64,000 nt of DNA. It comes from Mobula hypostoma (lineage: Eukaryota). How positions within the stretch are numbered: position 1 is the stretch's first letter; each line of letters opens with the position of its first letter. Below are positions 62,825 through 64,000 of this stretch, piece after piece. Position numbers and translations under genes: made by a program. Location: contig NC_086097.1 in the NCBI RefSeq assembly GCF_963921235.1, positions 35,838,001 through 35,902,000 on the forward strand, given 5' to 3'. Below the pieces are notes generated by a model. The model worked only from the letters and a program-made list of their open reading frames with translations. It searched no databases and had not been told where the DNA came from.

Positions 62825-63552
62825 TGTCCCTCCCACCAATTATCCCTGCAAGTGCTACATCTGCCCATACACCTCCTCCTTCACCTCCATTCAAGGCCCC
62901 AAACAGTTCTTCCAGGTGAGCCAATATTTCCCCTGCGAGTCTGCTGGGGTCCGCTTTTGTATTTGGTTCTCTTGATGCAGCCTCCTCTACATTGGTGAAA
63001 CCCCGTTGTAAATTGGGACACCGCTTCGTCGAGCACCTCCACTCTATCTGCCAAAAGCAGAACTTCCCGGCCCCATTGTCATTGCCATCCCCACATATGG
63101 TCATGGTCTCCCCATGATGGGGCCACCCCAAGGGTGGAGGAGCAACATCTGATGTTCTGTCTGGGTAGCCTCCAACCTGATGGCATGAATATCACTTTCT
63201 TCTTCTGGCAAAAAAAATCCCTCCCCTCCTCCTTCATCTATTCCTCACTCCGACCCCTTACCTTTTCTCACCTGCCTATCACTTCCCTTGGGTCCCCTCC
63301 TCATTCCCTTTCTCCAAATGGTCCACTCTCCTCTCCTGTCAGATTCCTTCTTCTCCAGCCCTTTACCTTTCCTATCCACTTGGGTTCACCTATCACCTTC
63401 TGCCTATCCTCCTTCCACTTCCCCATCTTTTTTATTCTGGTTTCTTCCTTTTCAGTCCTGAAGAAGGGTCTCGGCCCAAAAGCATCGACTGTTTATTCAT
63501 TTCCATAGATACTGTCTGACCTGTCGAGTTCCTCCAGCATTTTGTGTGATTA
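62825..63552 (+). mobile_element. Penelope-like element: GIY-YIG endonuclease C-terminus and pLTR with hammerhead remnant
   Basis: CKCYICPY, FPCESAGV.FCI...LLYIGET...RFVEHL and EEQHLMFCLGSLQPDGMN, then CAGTCCTGAAGAAGGGTCTCGGCCCAAAAGCATCGACTG. Confidence 0.88.
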
Positions 63553-63674
63553 CTAGTAGGTAAGTTATTGGCAGTTATTCTAAGGGACCGGATATATGCG
63601 TATTTGGATGGGACTAGGGAGAGTAATAGTTCATGGGGCCGAAGGGCCGGTTTCTGTGGCTCGGAATCTATAAC

Positions 63675-63812
63675 GGGAGACTCCTGCTCTGGCGACACGG
63701 CGGAGAGCGGAAATGACGATTGAGTGGGGCGGAAGCGTTCTCCGTGGAGTCCCCAGCGGGTCGGAAGTGACGCCATTGCGCTGCTGCAGGGCGGCCGGAG
63801 CTCTGGGTGAGT
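63675..63812 (+). promoter_or_regulatory. CpG-island promoter and probable non-coding first exon of a downstream gene
   Basis: Abrupt rise in CpG density. ETS-CRE composites GCGGAAATGACG (63707-63718) and CGGAAGTGACG (63762-63772), GC box GGGGCGG, splice donor TGG|GTGAGT at 63806/63807, then a G-rich tract. Confidence 0.75.
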
Positions 63813-64000
63813 GAGGGAGTTGGTAGTGGAGGGCGGGGAGAAGTGTGGAGTGGGGTTTAGGGACTGAAGGGGAGGGAGGAGTATCCGTGAGGGGAAAGAG
63901 GAGGGGGAGGTGAGGAAGGTGACGAGCGGGTGGATTTGATGGAGGAGGAGGTGGGTGTTGGTGGGTTGTGGGCTGAGGGGAGAGAGATGAGGAGAGGTTG

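Overview
Eukaryotic, vertebrate-type DNA that is mostly intergenic and dominated by transposable elements. The repeat mix (many CR1 LINEs, V-domain/HE1-like SINEs, Penelope-like elements, Rex1/Babar, Tx1, RTE, Tc1/mariner, hAT-Charlie) suggests a cartilaginous fish, probably a ray; this is inference. I could not identify a host protein-coding exon with confidence. A CpG-rich promoter with a likely non-coding first exon starts at about 63.7 kb. Main points: (1) a 138-bp Penelope-derived insert with a 15-bp target-site duplication (TSD) carries a minimal hammerhead ribozyme with an intact core (21434-21473), and about 9 decayed copies lie across the window. (2) A perfect 185 x 16-bp minisatellite varies at only one T/C position (43793-46752). 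(3) A four-level transposon nest (CR1 in solo LTR in hAT in Tc1, 50485-56607) can be largely reconstructed from its TSDs. (4) A near full-length CR1 has an open zinc-finger/SGNH-esterase ORF1. (5) Another young CR1 has only one stop codon in about 2.7 kb of ORF2. (6) There are several internally deleted non-autonomous elements. All calls come from reading the sequence by eye; no database search was run, and the ends of degraded elements are approximate.
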